In this document: positions 49,069 to 58,281 of the stretch, piece after piece | How the letters are laid out: each line of letters starts with the position of its first letter | Position numbering within the stretch: position 1 is the first letter of the stretch | Assembly: GCA_017889585.1 (NCBI GenBank) | Contig: JAGFZX010000007.1 | Coordinates: forward strand, 20,634-84,633 | Length of the DNA stretch: 64,000 nt | Direction: 5' to 3' | From: Bacillota bacterium | GTDB lineage: Bacteria; Bacillota; Negativicutes; DSM-13327 | The notes under the pieces: model-generated | The model's input: only the letters and a program-made list of their open reading frames with translations | Told to the model about the DNA's origin: nothing | Database searches by the model: none | Position numbers and translations under genes: made by a program

Positions 49069-49811
49069 TGCGCCAGTTTGTGGCTGACCTCCATGTACAT
49101 TCTGTATTATCGCCGTGTGCCGAGGTAGAGATGACGCCAAGAAATATTGTTTGGCATGCGGCCAGGCATGGTATTGATATTGTGGCAATTACTGATCATA
49201 ATGCTTGTGACAATGTGACAGCAGCCTTGGCGGCGGCAAAAGGTACTAATGTTATTATTCTGCCAGGTATGGAGGTCGAGACAAAAGAAGAAGTCCACAT
49301 TATAGTATTGTTTGAGAAAATGCGTCAACTTAAAGCATGGGAACAATTTGTCTATGAGCATATGTCTGGACGATTAAATGATGAAAAACGTTTTGGTGCA
49401 CAGTTTGTAGTCGACGCGGAAGATGAGCTAATTAGGGTAAAACCTGAAATGCTATTAACTTCATTAAGCTGCAGTATGGCTGAAGTATGTACAAAAGTCA
49501 ATGATCTTGGCGGTATATGTATTGCTAGCCATGTGGATAGACCAGCAAACAGTTTAATTGCACAACTTGGTTTTATTCCACCTGATGTGGAGCTTGCGGC
49601 GGTAGAAATTTCACGGTTGATACGTCCCCAAGAGGCCATAAGACGCTTTCCTACAATTGGTAACCTACCAATAGTAACATCATCTGACGCTCATACTATA
49701 GCTGACTTTTTGAGTGGTCCTAAAACAATATTTAATATAGAAGCACCAACATTACATGAAATTCAACAAGCGTTGAAGGGTCAAAATTCGCGAAAGGTGG
49801 TGATTCAGTAA
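49065..49811 (+). CDS. PHP-domain phosphoesterase
   Basis: DLHVHSVLSPC, AITDHN, PGME, EEVH, SHVDR, SSDAH. Confidence 0.9.
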   Translation: MMRQFVADLHVHSVLSPCAEVEMTPRNIVWHAARHGIDIVAITDHNACDNVTAALAAAKGTNVIILPGMEVETKEEVHIIVLFEKMRQLKAWEQFVYEHMSGRLNDEKRFGAQFVVDAEDELIRVKPEMLLTSLSCSMAEVCTKVNDLGGICIASHVDRPANSLIAQLGFIPPDVELAAVEISRLIRPQEAIRRFPTIGNLPIVTSSDAHTIADFLSGPKTIFNIEAPTLHEIQQALKGQNSRKVVIQ

Positions 49812-49857
49812 CCCGGTTGTCGGCAATTCTTGAAAACTTTTCATAAGGAGGAATAAT

Positions 49858-50352
49858 ATGAACAGCAACCAACCTACATGCTGCTGTGGCGGCAATGCCA
49901 ACCAATTCGCAAAATTGGACGAAATTTTACAGAAGTATCAGGGCGTTAAAGGATCATTAATTCCAGTGTTACAGGAAGCGCAAAATGCTTACGGCTATTT
50001 GCCCAAAGAGGTGCTTCAAAATATCGCAGAAAAAATGAATATCCCAATAAGTCAAATTTATGGTGTAGTTACTTTCTACGCTCAATTTCATCTTAAACCT
50101 CGGGGTAAAAATATTATTCGTGTTTGTCAAGGAACTGCATGCCACGTACGTGGTGCAAAGGCTATTTTAGCGGAGATTGAGAAAAAATTAGACATTAAAG
50201 CTGGTGGTACTACGCCTGATCTATTGTTTACATTAGAGACTGTAGCGTGTATTGGTGCCTGTGGTTTAGCCCCAGTAATGATGATTAATGATGATACTCA
50301 TGGTCGTCTCACACCAGAAATCGTACCAGAAATTCTTGCTAAATATAAATAA
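49858..50352 (+). CDS. NuoE-like [2Fe-2S] hydrogenase subunit (HydC/HndA)
   Basis: LIPVLQEAQ, GVVTFY, VCQGTACH, CIGACGLAP. Confidence 0.93.
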   Translation: MNSNQPTCCCGGNANQFAKLDEILQKYQGVKGSLIPVLQEAQNAYGYLPKEVLQNIAEKMNIPISQIYGVVTFYAQFHLKPRGKNIIRVCQGTACHVRGAKAILAEIEKKLDIKAGGTTPDLLFTLETVACIGACGLAPVMMINDDTHGRLTPEIVPEILAKYK

Positions 50353-50357
50353 ATGTT

Positions 50358-50927
50358 ATGCGTGAATTGTCATTACATATTCTCGATTTAGTGCAAAACT
50401 CAATTGAGGCAGGTGCGAATAAGGTTACGTTAGAGATTATTGAAGATATCCATACTATGGATACCTTGATGATTCGCGTAACTGATAATGGACGTGGTAT
50501 GGATGAGGCAACATGTAAAAATGTGATTAACCCATTTGTTACCACAAGAACCACTCGCCGTGTAGGACTAGGATTACCCCTTATACATATGTCGACCGAG
50601 CGGTGCCAAGGGTATCTAACAGTAACTTCAACTCTAGGCTGTGGCACCGTAATCGAAGCCTTATATCAGCATAGTCACTTAGATCGCCCGCCACTTGGAA
50701 ATATTGTGGAGACTATTAAATCAATTTTGATTGCCAATCCAGAACTATATTTTAGCTATTGTCACACTGTTGATCAAACTGTTTTCTCTTTGGCAACTCA
50801 GGAAATTATTGAAATTTTAGGCGATCTTCCATTAACCCAGCCAGACGTCCTTGTTTGGTTAGATGAATATCTAACTCATAATGTAATGAATTTGTACAAT
50901 TCAAGGAATTTACATGGAGGTGTATAG
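50358..50927 (+). CDS. Histidine kinase-like ATPase
   Basis: LSLHILDLVQNSIEAGA, DNGRGM, PFVTTRTTRRVGLGLP, HLDRPPLG. Confidence 0.88.
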   Translation: MRELSLHILDLVQNSIEAGANKVTLEIIEDIHTMDTLMIRVTDNGRGMDEATCKNVINPFVTTRTTRRVGLGLPLIHMSTERCQGYLTVTSTLGCGTVIEALYQHSHLDRPPLGNIVETIKSILIANPELYFSYCHTVDQTVFSLATQEIIEILGDLPLTQPDVLVWLDEYLTHNVMNLYNSRNLHGGV

Positions 50928-50928
50928 T

Positions 50929-51294
50929 TTGAAAACAATTGAGGATTTAAAACGTTTGCGTGATCAAGTACAAGCCGAGACACGTGTGCGTCATGAAAGT
51001 AGCAAACAAATTATTGTTGGTATGGGAACCTGTGGTATTGCGGCAGGCGCTAGAGACGTGATGTCAGCAATTTTGGATGAAATTGCCAAGCGTAAATTGG
51101 AAGATATTACAGTACGTCAAACTGGTTGTATTGGGATGTGTGAAAAAGAAGTGCTTGTTGATATTGTGCTTCCAGGTAAACCACGTATTACTTATGGTAG
51201 AGTTACCGCTGCTGATGTTCCTAAGATTATTGTCGAGCATGTTATTAATGGAAATCTTATTAAGGAAATGGTTGTTGGCAAAATTACAGAATAA
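50929..51294 (+). CDS. Thioredoxin-like [2Fe-2S] hydrogenase subunit (HydD/HndB)
   Basis: VGMGTCGIAAGA, TGCIGMCEKE; TTG start after ggaggtg. Confidence 0.88.
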   Translation: MKTIEDLKRLRDQVQAETRVRHESSKQIIVGMGTCGIAAGARDVMSAILDEIAKRKLEDITVRQTGCIGMCEKEVLVDIVLPGKPRITYGRVTAADVPKIIVEHVINGNLIKEMVVGKITE

Positions 51295-51320
51295 TTCTTG
51301 TGAGTAATGGGAGGTAGAAA

Positions 51321-53111
51321 ATGGAACACTATAGAGCACATGTGCTAATTTGCGCTGGTACCGGTTGTATATCTTCTGGCTCTAAAAAAGTTGAGGCTGC
51401 ACTGCGGGACCAAATAGCTCAAAAAGGTCTTGAGAAAGAAGTAAAAATTGTGGAAACTGGTTGCCATGGTTTTTGTGAAATGGGACCATTAGTTATTATT
51501 TACCCTGAAGGTGTATTTTATGTTCGTGTCCAAGAAACAGATGTTGCTGAGATTGTGGAAGAACATTTGTACAAAGGTCGTATTGTGGAGCGCCTATTAT
51601 TTAAAGAACATGGTTCTTTAGAAGGAATTCCGAGTTATAAAGATATTGATTTCTATAAAAAACAAATGCGTATGGTTTTAGGAAATTGCGGCCATTTAGA
51701 TCCTGAGGAAATTAATGAATATATTGCAGTAGGCGGTTATGAAGCATTAGGTAAAGTACTGACGACAATGAAACCCCAAGATGTTATTGACGAGGTTAAA
51801 AAAGCTGGACTGCGCGGCCGTGGAGGTGGCGGTTTCCCTACAGGTATGAAGTGGGGCTTTACTCGTAATGCAGCAGGGGAGAAAAAATATGTAGTCTGCA
51901 ATGCGGATGAGGGAGACCCAGGCGCATTTATGGATCGTAGCGTACTAGAAGGCGACCCTCATCGTGTGCTTGAAGGTATGGCTGTCTGTGCTTATGCTGT
52001 TGGTGCAGATGAAGGTTATATTTATGTGCGGGCTGAATACCCTCTAGCGATTAAACGTCTCCGAATTGCGATTAAGCAGGCTGAAGAGTTAGGTCTTATT
52101 GGTGACGGTATATTTGGTACAGATTTTAATTTCCACGTAAAAATTAAAGAAGGTGCTGGGGCCTTCGTATGTGGGGAAGAAACCGCCCTAATCGCCTCGA
52201 TTGAGGGCCAACGCGGTGTGCCGCGGTCACGTCCTCCATTCCCGGCAATTTCCGGTTTGTGGGGTAAACCAACTAATATTAACAATGTAGAGACGTTTGC
52301 TAATGTACCACAGATTATTACTAAGGGTGCTGATTGGTATGCATCAATTGGTACTGAACGCAGTAAAGGCACAAAGGTATTTGCTCTGACTGGCAAGATT
52401 AATCATACCGGTTTAGCTGAAGTGCCAATGGGTATTACGATGCGTGAGATTATTTTTGATATTGGTGGCGGTATTCAAGGTGGTAAGAAGTTCAAAGCCG
52501 TACAAATTGGTGGTCCGTCTGGCGGTTGCTTGCCAGAGCAACATCTAGATCTGTCTGTTGATTATGATTCCTTACTGCAAGTAGGCGCTATGATGGGCTC
52601 AGGCGGCTTAGTTGTTATGGATGAATCGACTTGTATGGTAGATATATCTAAATTCTTCTTAACCTTTACACAAGCGGAGTCTTGCGGTAAGTGTACGCCT
52701 TGTCGTGAAGGTACCAAGCGTATGCTGGAAATTTTGACTCGCATTACAGAAGGTCAAGGCAAAGAAGGCGATATTGAGCTATTAGAAGTCTTGGCTAAAA
52801 ATATCAAGCAGACTGCGCTTTGTGGTCTTGGGCAAACAGCACCGAATCCAGTGCTAAGTACACTGAGATATTTCCGTGATGAATATGAAGCCCATATTAA
52901 GGAAAAACGCTGTCCTGCAGGGGCTTGTGCGGGACTGGCCCAATATAATATCACTGAAGCATGTAAGGGTTGTGGCTTATGTAAGAAAGCGTGTCCTGTA
53001 AATGCTATTAGTGGTGAAACAAAAGCTGTACATCAAATCGACCAAGATAAATGTATTAAGTGCGGAGCTTGTATGGCAAAATGTCCGTTTAAAGCAATAA
53101 CTAAGGGATGA
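51321..53111 (+). CDS. NuoF-like FMN/NAD-binding hydrogenase subunit (HydB/HndC)
   Basis: RGRGGGGFPTG, NADEGDPGAFMDR, GAFVCGEETAL, ESCGKCTPC, C-terminal 2x[4Fe-4S]. Confidence 0.95.
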   Translation: MEHYRAHVLICAGTGCISSGSKKVEAALRDQIAQKGLEKEVKIVETGCHGFCEMGPLVIIYPEGVFYVRVQETDVAEIVEEHLYKGRIVERLLFKEHGSLEGIPSYKDIDFYKKQMRMVLGNCGHLDPEEINEYIAVGGYEALGKVLTTMKPQDVIDEVKKAGLRGRGGGGFPTGMKWGFTRNAAGEKKYVVCNADEGDPGAFMDRSVLEGDPHRVLEGMAVCAYAVGADEGYIYVRAEYPLAIKRLRIAIKQAEELGLIGDGIFGTDFNFHVKIKEGAGAFVCGEETALIASIEGQRGVPRSRPPFPAISGLWGKPTNINNVETFANVPQIITKGADWYASIGTERSKGTKVFALTGKINHTGLAEVPMGITMREIIFDIGGGIQGGKKFKAVQIGGPSGGCLPEQHLDLSVDYDSLLQVGAMMGSGGLVVMDESTCMVDISKFFLTFTQAESCGKCTPCREGTKRMLEILTRITEGQGKEGDIELLEVLAKNIKQTALCGLGQTAPNPVLSTLRYFRDEYEAHIKEKRCPAGACAGLAQYNITEACKGCGLCKKACPVNAISGETKAVHQIDQDKCIKCGACMAKCPFKAITKG

Positions 53112-53135
53112 TTTTGACAAGTGGGAGGGAAACCG

Positions 53136-54860
53136 ATGGAAATGGTTAATATAACAATTGATGGACAACAGGTGCAAGTAGCTAAAAACTCAACGGTGCT
53201 GGAAGCAGCGCAGGCTGCAGGAGTTAATGTACCCACATTATGCTATCATCCTGAGCTTAGGACGGCAGGACAGTGCCGCGTATGTGTGGTAGAAGTAGAA
53301 GGCGCTCGTAGTTTGGTCGCATCATGTGTATATCCAGTAAATGAAGGCATGGTGGTTCGCACAACCACTGCCGCTGTGCGTGAGGCTCGTAAAACAGTGG
53401 TAGAATTATTGTTGGCCAATCATCCTCAAGATTGTTTATCTTGTCAGCGTAATTTAAATTGTGAATTGCAGAAGATAGCTGGTGATCTAGGAATTCGAGA
53501 AGTTCGATTTGAGGGTGAGAAGAAAAATTATCCACTTGATGCCTCCAATCCATCCTTGATTCGTGATCAAAGTAAATGTATTCTGTGCGGCCGATGTACA
53601 AGAGCTTGCGATGATCGTCAAGGGATGAATGTATATACTTTTGCAAATCGTGGTTTTAATACTATGGTGGTACCTGCTTTCAATCAAGGCTTACATGAAG
53701 TGGCTTGTACATTCTGCGGACAGTGCGCCGCTGTATGTCCGACAGGTGCTATTACAATCAAAAATGATACTGAAGCCGTATGGAAAGCATTAAGCGATCC
53801 TAGTAAACATGTGGTTGTTCAGACCGCGCCAGCTGTACGTGTGGCTCTTGGTGAGGCATTAGATCTACCGCAAGGCACGATCGTTACAGGCAAAATGGTC
53901 TCAGCCCTCAAAAAACTTGGGTTTGATAAGGTGTTTGATACAAACTTCTCTGCTGATTTGACGATTATGGAAGAAGGTTTTGAGCTGTTAGGTCGCCTAA
54001 AGAATGGCGGAAAATTACCTATGATTACCTCATGCAGCCCAGGGTGGGTTAACTTCGCTGAGCTGAAGTATCCTGATTTGTTAGATCATCTGTCTACCGC
54101 TAAATCTCCTCAGCAGATGTTTGGGGCATTGGTTAAAACCTATTATGCAGAGAAAACAGGGGTTGATCCTAAGGATATTGTCTCTGTCTCTATTATGCCA
54201 TGTACAGCGAAGAAGGCTGAAGCTGCACGGGAAGAATTGAAGTCCAGCGGTTATCAGGATGTTGATTATGTATTAACGACAAGTGAACTCGCTATGATGA
54301 TTCGTGAACAAGGTCTTAACTTTAGCGCATTACCAGAAGAAGAGTATGATGCGCCTATGGGAATTGGTACAGGTGCAGCGGTTATTTTCGGTGCGACAGG
54401 TGGGGTTATGGAAGCTGCCTTACGTACTGTTTATGAAGTTGTAACAGGTAAAGAGCTAGAATGTATTGATTTTAAAGTGGTGCGTGGTTTAGAGGGAATA
54501 AAAGAAGCGCAAGTACAAGTTGGTGACCTTACTGTAAAAGTGGCAGTGGCCCATACCTTGAAAAATGCCAATATTTTAATGGATAAAATACGCAAAGGTG
54601 AGGCTGATTATCACTTTATTGAGATTATGGCTTGTCCAGGTGGTTGTATCGGCGGTGCTGGCCAACCTATCGTCATGTCGACAGATTTACGTCAAAAGCG
54701 AATGGATGCCATATATGAGTGTGACACTTCTAATACTCTGCGTAAGTCACATCATAATCCGGCAGTAACAGAACTGTATGATACTTGGCTGGGTAAACCA
54801 TTAGGGGAAAAATCCCATCATTTGTTACATACTCATTATCATCCACAGAAACGCGCATAA
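53136..54860 (+). CDS. hydA: Catalytic subunit of a multimeric group A3 [FeFe]-hydrogenase
   Basis: N-terminal 2Fe-2S, His-ligated cluster and 2x4Fe-4S; TSCSPGW, MPCTAKKAE, EIMACPGGCIGGAGQP, HHLLHTHY. Confidence 0.96.
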   Translation: MEMVNITIDGQQVQVAKNSTVLEAAQAAGVNVPTLCYHPELRTAGQCRVCVVEVEGARSLVASCVYPVNEGMVVRTTTAAVREARKTVVELLLANHPQDCLSCQRNLNCELQKIAGDLGIREVRFEGEKKNYPLDASNPSLIRDQSKCILCGRCTRACDDRQGMNVYTFANRGFNTMVVPAFNQGLHEVACTFCGQCAAVCPTGAITIKNDTEAVWKALSDPSKHVVVQTAPAVRVALGEALDLPQGTIVTGKMVSALKKLGFDKVFDTNFSADLTIMEEGFELLGRLKNGGKLPMITSCSPGWVNFAELKYPDLLDHLSTAKSPQQMFGALVKTYYAEKTGVDPKDIVSVSIMPCTAKKAEAAREELKSSGYQDVDYVLTTSELAMMIREQGLNFSALPEEEYDAPMGIGTGAAVIFGATGGVMEAALRTVYEVVTGKELECIDFKVVRGLEGIKEAQVQVGDLTVKVAVAHTLKNANILMDKIRKGEADYHFIEIMACPGGCIGGAGQPIVMSTDLRQKRMDAIYECDTSNTLRKSHHNPAVTELYDTWLGKPLGEKSHHLLHTHYHPQKRA

Positions 54861-54906
54861 AATAATAACAGCCTGCGGCTTTAAAGCTGCAGGCTGTTAT
54901 TATTTT
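54859..54906. terminator. Bidirectional terminator between hydA and hydE
   Basis: aaaataataacagcctgcggct...agctgcaggctgttattatttt. Confidence 0.85.
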
Positions 54907-55013
54907 AGAGGATAATTTATCAAAAAATATTATGCAATTTTTAGCGATTTTCAACAGATATTTCAACAGATATAATGAAAAACATTTATGTGATTGCTAT
55001 ATCATTTCGATTA

Positions 55014-56048
55014 TTATTTCCTTAACCTAAAGCCATATTCAGTTGATACTTGCCTGCCAATCCCTGAAATTTTGCCTGTAATACAACCTCTACAATGGGC
55101 AGGTGTATCATTAATACAAATTTTACCCGGATATAGGGTATACATTTCCCGATATTCACCTTCAGTAACATTCGGCATAACCACATTGGCGCCGCTTTTC
55201 AGGGCAATCATACGCCCCTCTTTATTCAAAGTTTCCATAGCCGTGGTAGCTGGTATATTCGCATCAGGCAAAAGCAGTCTAGTGATGGCCATAACTTTAA
55301 GGCTTAAAATAAAAGAACCGCCTTTTTCCTGGGCTAAAGGTGTGTCAGCATTGGGAATAAAAGGGCCCAACCCAATCATATCAGCATCCAATGCTTTAAA
55401 GAATAGAATATCATCTGCCAATGATTCCATTGTTTGATTAGGTAAACCTACTAGACAACCTGTACCTACTTCATAACCCAGCTCTTTTAAGTCTGTAAGG
55501 CATCTGACTCTATTTTCAAAACTCATGCCTGGATGCAGGGCTTCATATACTTTTCTGTCAGTCGTTTCAATTCTAAGCAAATATCTGTCCGCACCCGCAT
55601 CTTTATATGCACGGTATTCTGCTTTGGATTTTTCACCTACACTTAATGTAATTGCCAAATCAAGGGATTTTATGTTGCTGATAATATATTGCATATCTGA
55701 CACAGTGTAAGCATGACTCTCACCAGACTGTAACACAACAGTCTGATACCCATAACCTTTGGCTTTACGGGCAAATTCAATGATAGTCTCTGGCTGTAGA
55801 TGATATCGCTTTACATGAACATTATCTTTCCTTAGGCCGCAATAATAACAATTTTGTTGGCAAATATTCGAAAATTCAATAAGCCCGCGCAAATGCACCT
55901 GATCACCGACAAATTTACTACGTACTCTATCAGCTGCCATGAATAAATGTTGATCATACTCATGAGATGTCAGCAATACGACTATTTCCTGCTTGGTTAA
56001 ACAATGGGTGATCTCAGCTTTGTTAATAATATCCAGCTCGTTTGGCAT
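55014..56048 (-). CDS. hydE: Radical SAM hydrogenase maturase HydE
   Basis: RGLIEFSNICQQNCYYCG, VLQSGE, YLLRIET, GPFIP, PATTA, GANVVMPN, YTLYPGK. Confidence 0.95.
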   Translation of the reverse strand: MPNELDIINKAEITHCLTKQEIVVLLTSHEYDQHLFMAADRVRSKFVGDQVHLRGLIEFSNICQQNCYYCGLRKDNVHVKRYHLQPETIIEFARKAKGYGYQTVVLQSGESHAYTVSDMQYIISNIKSLDLAITLSVGEKSKAEYRAYKDAGADRYLLRIETTDRKVYEALHPGMSFENRVRCLTDLKELGYEVGTGCLVGLPNQTMESLADDILFFKALDADMIGLGPFIPNADTPLAQEKGGSFILSLKVMAITRLLLPDANIPATTAMETLNKEGRMIALKSGANVVMPNVTEGEYREMYTLYPGKICINDTPAHCRGCITGKISGIGRQVSTEYGFRLRK

Positions 56049-56091
56049 ACTTCTTCCTCCTGCCACAAATATATGTTTATATTTATATATA

Positions 56092-56174
56092 CTAGAAGAA
56101 TAAATCTCAAATGCCTTCTCAATTTATATCAGACGTTTAGCTGTTTCGCGGCGTAAATCCTCATTTTTAATCAC
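56092..56174 (-). pseudogene. hydG: Deletion scar of hydG
   Basis: After RBS aagggag: GTG-IKNEDLRRETAKRLI*IE, then frameshifted GI*DLFF*; resembles the HydG C-terminus (..RL..IE.G.RD..F) at the hydG position between TM1266 and hydE. Confidence 0.7.
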
Positions 56175-56448
56175 TAGAAACATCTCCCTTATTTATTAAT
56201 TTTTTTGCAGTAAGGGCAGATTTGACAATTACACCGGGGAGGTTGCCTAGTTTGCCGGTCAATGCACCAACTTCATCGGTATTACCTTCAACGATTAGAG
56301 CAATAACGCCGACATGTTCTTCATGCTTGGGAATTCCCATACGGCCTGTGATAAGATAACTATAATTGCTAATGATAAGGTTAACTTTATCAACAATGGC
56401 TTTTGGTTCATTAATAACAATTCCCACAACACCAATACGTTTAAGCAT
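56167..56448 (-). CDS. TM1266-family iron-only hydrogenase system putative regulator
   Basis: RIGVVGIVI, VN.I.S.Y, GRMGIP, ALTGKLGNLPGV.VKS. Confidence 0.92.
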   Translation of the reverse strand: MLKRIGVVGIVINEPKAIVDKVNLIISNYSYLITGRMGIPKHEEHVGVIALIVEGNTDEVGALTGKLGNLPGVIVKSALTAKKLINKGDVSSD

Positions 56449-56464
56449 ACTATTCTTCCCCCTT

Positions 56465-56612
56465 AAACAACATAAGCCTTCCTTTGCTCATAACAAAGGA
56501 AGGCTTAAAAAAATCCCCGTGATTTCGCCATCCTATGCGCAGGCTTTGCCCTTGCTTGCAGATTTTGGAAAGTTACAAATGTCTTTCAAAATATGGGTAT
56601 TACTGCACACGT
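56465..56612 (-). ncRNA. Unnamed riboswitch-like leader with terminator/antiterminator upstream of TM1266-hydE
   Basis: P1 GUGUGCAG/CUGCGCAU; inner stem AUUUUGAAAG/CUUUCCAAAAU; AGGAUGGC can pair with GCCUUCCU in a 14-bp terminator stem; TATAAT just upstream. Confidence 0.6.
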
Positions 56613-56763
56613 TGTCAGACAATTATAGTATACAATATTTTTCCAATAATCGATAGTATATTTATAAATAAAAATCAGAAAGTACCTAATAAAAATCATC
56701 TTCTATGTTAGAATTGCAATTTGTTTCTATGGTAAATAAATTTTAGGGGGTATTTGATGCCAA

Positions 56764-56907
56764 TTTCGATGAGTAATAATTTATCAAAATGATAAATTAT
56801 TACTCATCGAAAGATGATCATGGAAGCTGTGGAAGTAGTTCTCATGATCTTGTTTGCAGTTTAAAGATACTCTGTTATCAAAATGATAATTTTTATCGTT
56901 TTGATAA
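56764..56907. promoter_or_regulatory. Three TTATC(A/G)-N3-TGATAA boxes, putative UAS for a sigma54 activator; one is the centre of a perfect 23-bp inverted repeat
   Basis: IR 56764-56812; boxes at 56781, 56875 and 56893. Confidence 0.6.
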
Positions 56908-56983
56908 CGAAAATTGTAATGATTTTTCTGTGCAGATCGATATAAAGGTCTGATTTTACTAGCTTATTAGATTATTTTGGATG

Positions 56984-57000
56984 TTGGCATAGAATGTGCA
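56984..57000 (+). promoter_or_regulatory. Sigma54 (-24/-12) promoter of the dpaL operon
   Basis: TTGGCATAGAATGTGCA (GG-N10-GC); a sigma54 activator is encoded downstream. Confidence 0.8.
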
Positions 57001-57045
57001 ATAGTAATAGGCGTAACGGAAAATGACTAATGAAAGGATGGAATT

Positions 57046-58263
57046 ATGCGAAAAGAAATAGAGTGGATTGGCAATAGTATGATGCCAATAAGTAAACAAA
57101 AAACAACAGTCGAGTTTTTAGGTAAACAGGAAATTGATAAAGCTAAGAAATTTCATATGAGTTGTCCTGGTTATGAAAAGACGCCGTTGCAAAGCCTGAA
57201 TAATTTGGCTCAATTATTAGGGGTTGCAGGGGTCTATGTAAAAGATGAATCATATCGTTTTGGTCTCAATGCTTTTAAGGTGTTGGGTGGCTCATATGCT
57301 ATGGCAAGATATATGGCACAGCGGTTGCAAAAGGATATTAGTGAGTTACCTTTTGAAAAAATAATTTCCCAGGAAATAAAAGACCAATTAGGTGACGTTA
57401 CTTTTGCTACAGCTACTGATGGAAATCATGGACGTGGTGTGGCTTGGACTGCTCGTAAGTTAGGTCAAAAGTCTATAGTATATATGCCTAAAGGGTCAAC
57501 TATCAGGCGTCTTGAAAATATTCGGGCAGAAGGAGCAGAAGCTAAGATCACTGATTATAATTATGATGATACTGTTCGTATGATAGCAGAAGAATCAGAT
57601 CGAAAGGGTTGGGTTATTGTTCAAGATACTGCATGGAAAGGGTATGAAGATATCCCTACATGGATTATGCAGGGCTATGGAACCATGGCTGCAGAAGCAT
57701 TAGAGCAGCTAAATGATATGGGTATTCATAAGCCCACACATATTTTCATACAAGCAGGAGTTGGTTCGCTGGCAGGAGCGGTACAGGGTTATTTTGCATC
57801 TGTATTTGAAGAAGAGAGACCCAAGACGGTTATTGTAGAATCGGACCAAGCTGACTGTTTCTATAAATCAGCTAAGGCTGGCGATGGTAAGCCGAGGATT
57901 GTTGGCGGTGATATGACGACCATTATGGCAGGTCTGGCTTGCGGTGAGCCCAATAGTATCGGCTGGAATGTACTCCGCGATTATAGTGAAATGTTTATGT
58001 CTTGTCCTGATTGGGTCTCAGCAAGGGGCATGAGGATCTTAGGAAATCCGTTGGGAAGTGACTGCAAAGTGGTTTCAGGAGAGTCAGGATCTGTTACTAT
58101 CGGCGCACTAAGTATGTTAATGCAAGATGAGCATTTAAAAGCAGCAAGAGAAGCCTTAGGGCTTAATAAAGATTCACGGATTCTATTATTCAGCACCGAA
58201 GGCGATACTGATCCTGATAAATATCGCAGTATTGTCTGGGATGGGGAATGTCCCAGTTATTAA
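57046..58263 (+). CDS. dpaL: Diaminopropionate ammonia-lyase (PLP; YgeX)
   Basis: VKDESYRFGLNAFKVLG, ATDGNHGRG, QDTAW, QAGVGS, MAGLACGEP, STEGDTDP. Confidence 0.96.
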   Translation: MRKEIEWIGNSMMPISKQKTTVEFLGKQEIDKAKKFHMSCPGYEKTPLQSLNNLAQLLGVAGVYVKDESYRFGLNAFKVLGGSYAMARYMAQRLQKDISELPFEKIISQEIKDQLGDVTFATATDGNHGRGVAWTARKLGQKSIVYMPKGSTIRRLENIRAEGAEAKITDYNYDDTVRMIAEESDRKGWVIVQDTAWKGYEDIPTWIMQGYGTMAAEALEQLNDMGIHKPTHIFIQAGVGSLAGAVQGYFASVFEEERPKTVIVESDQADCFYKSAKAGDGKPRIVGGDMTTIMAGLACGEPNSIGWNVLRDYSEMFMSCPDWVSARGMRILGNPLGSDCKVVSGESGSVTIGALSMLMQDEHLKAAREALGLNKDSRILLFSTEGDTDPDKYRSIVWDGECPSY

Positions 58264-58281
58264 TAAAGAGGAGTGACGTTG

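Noticed and set aside
54949-54972. 12-nt tandem duplication tttcaacagata
   Set aside because: Lies between convergent genes; likely neutral slippage
56515-56535. T-box call for the TM1266 leader
   Set aside because: AGGATGGCGAAATCACG lacks the TGGNACC bulge, and no stem I motifs were seen
56781-56907. Fur boxes
   Set aside because: Half-sites are mainly arranged TTATCA-N3-TGATAA, and their position upstream of a -24/-12 promoter fits an activator UAS better; Fur is not fully excluded
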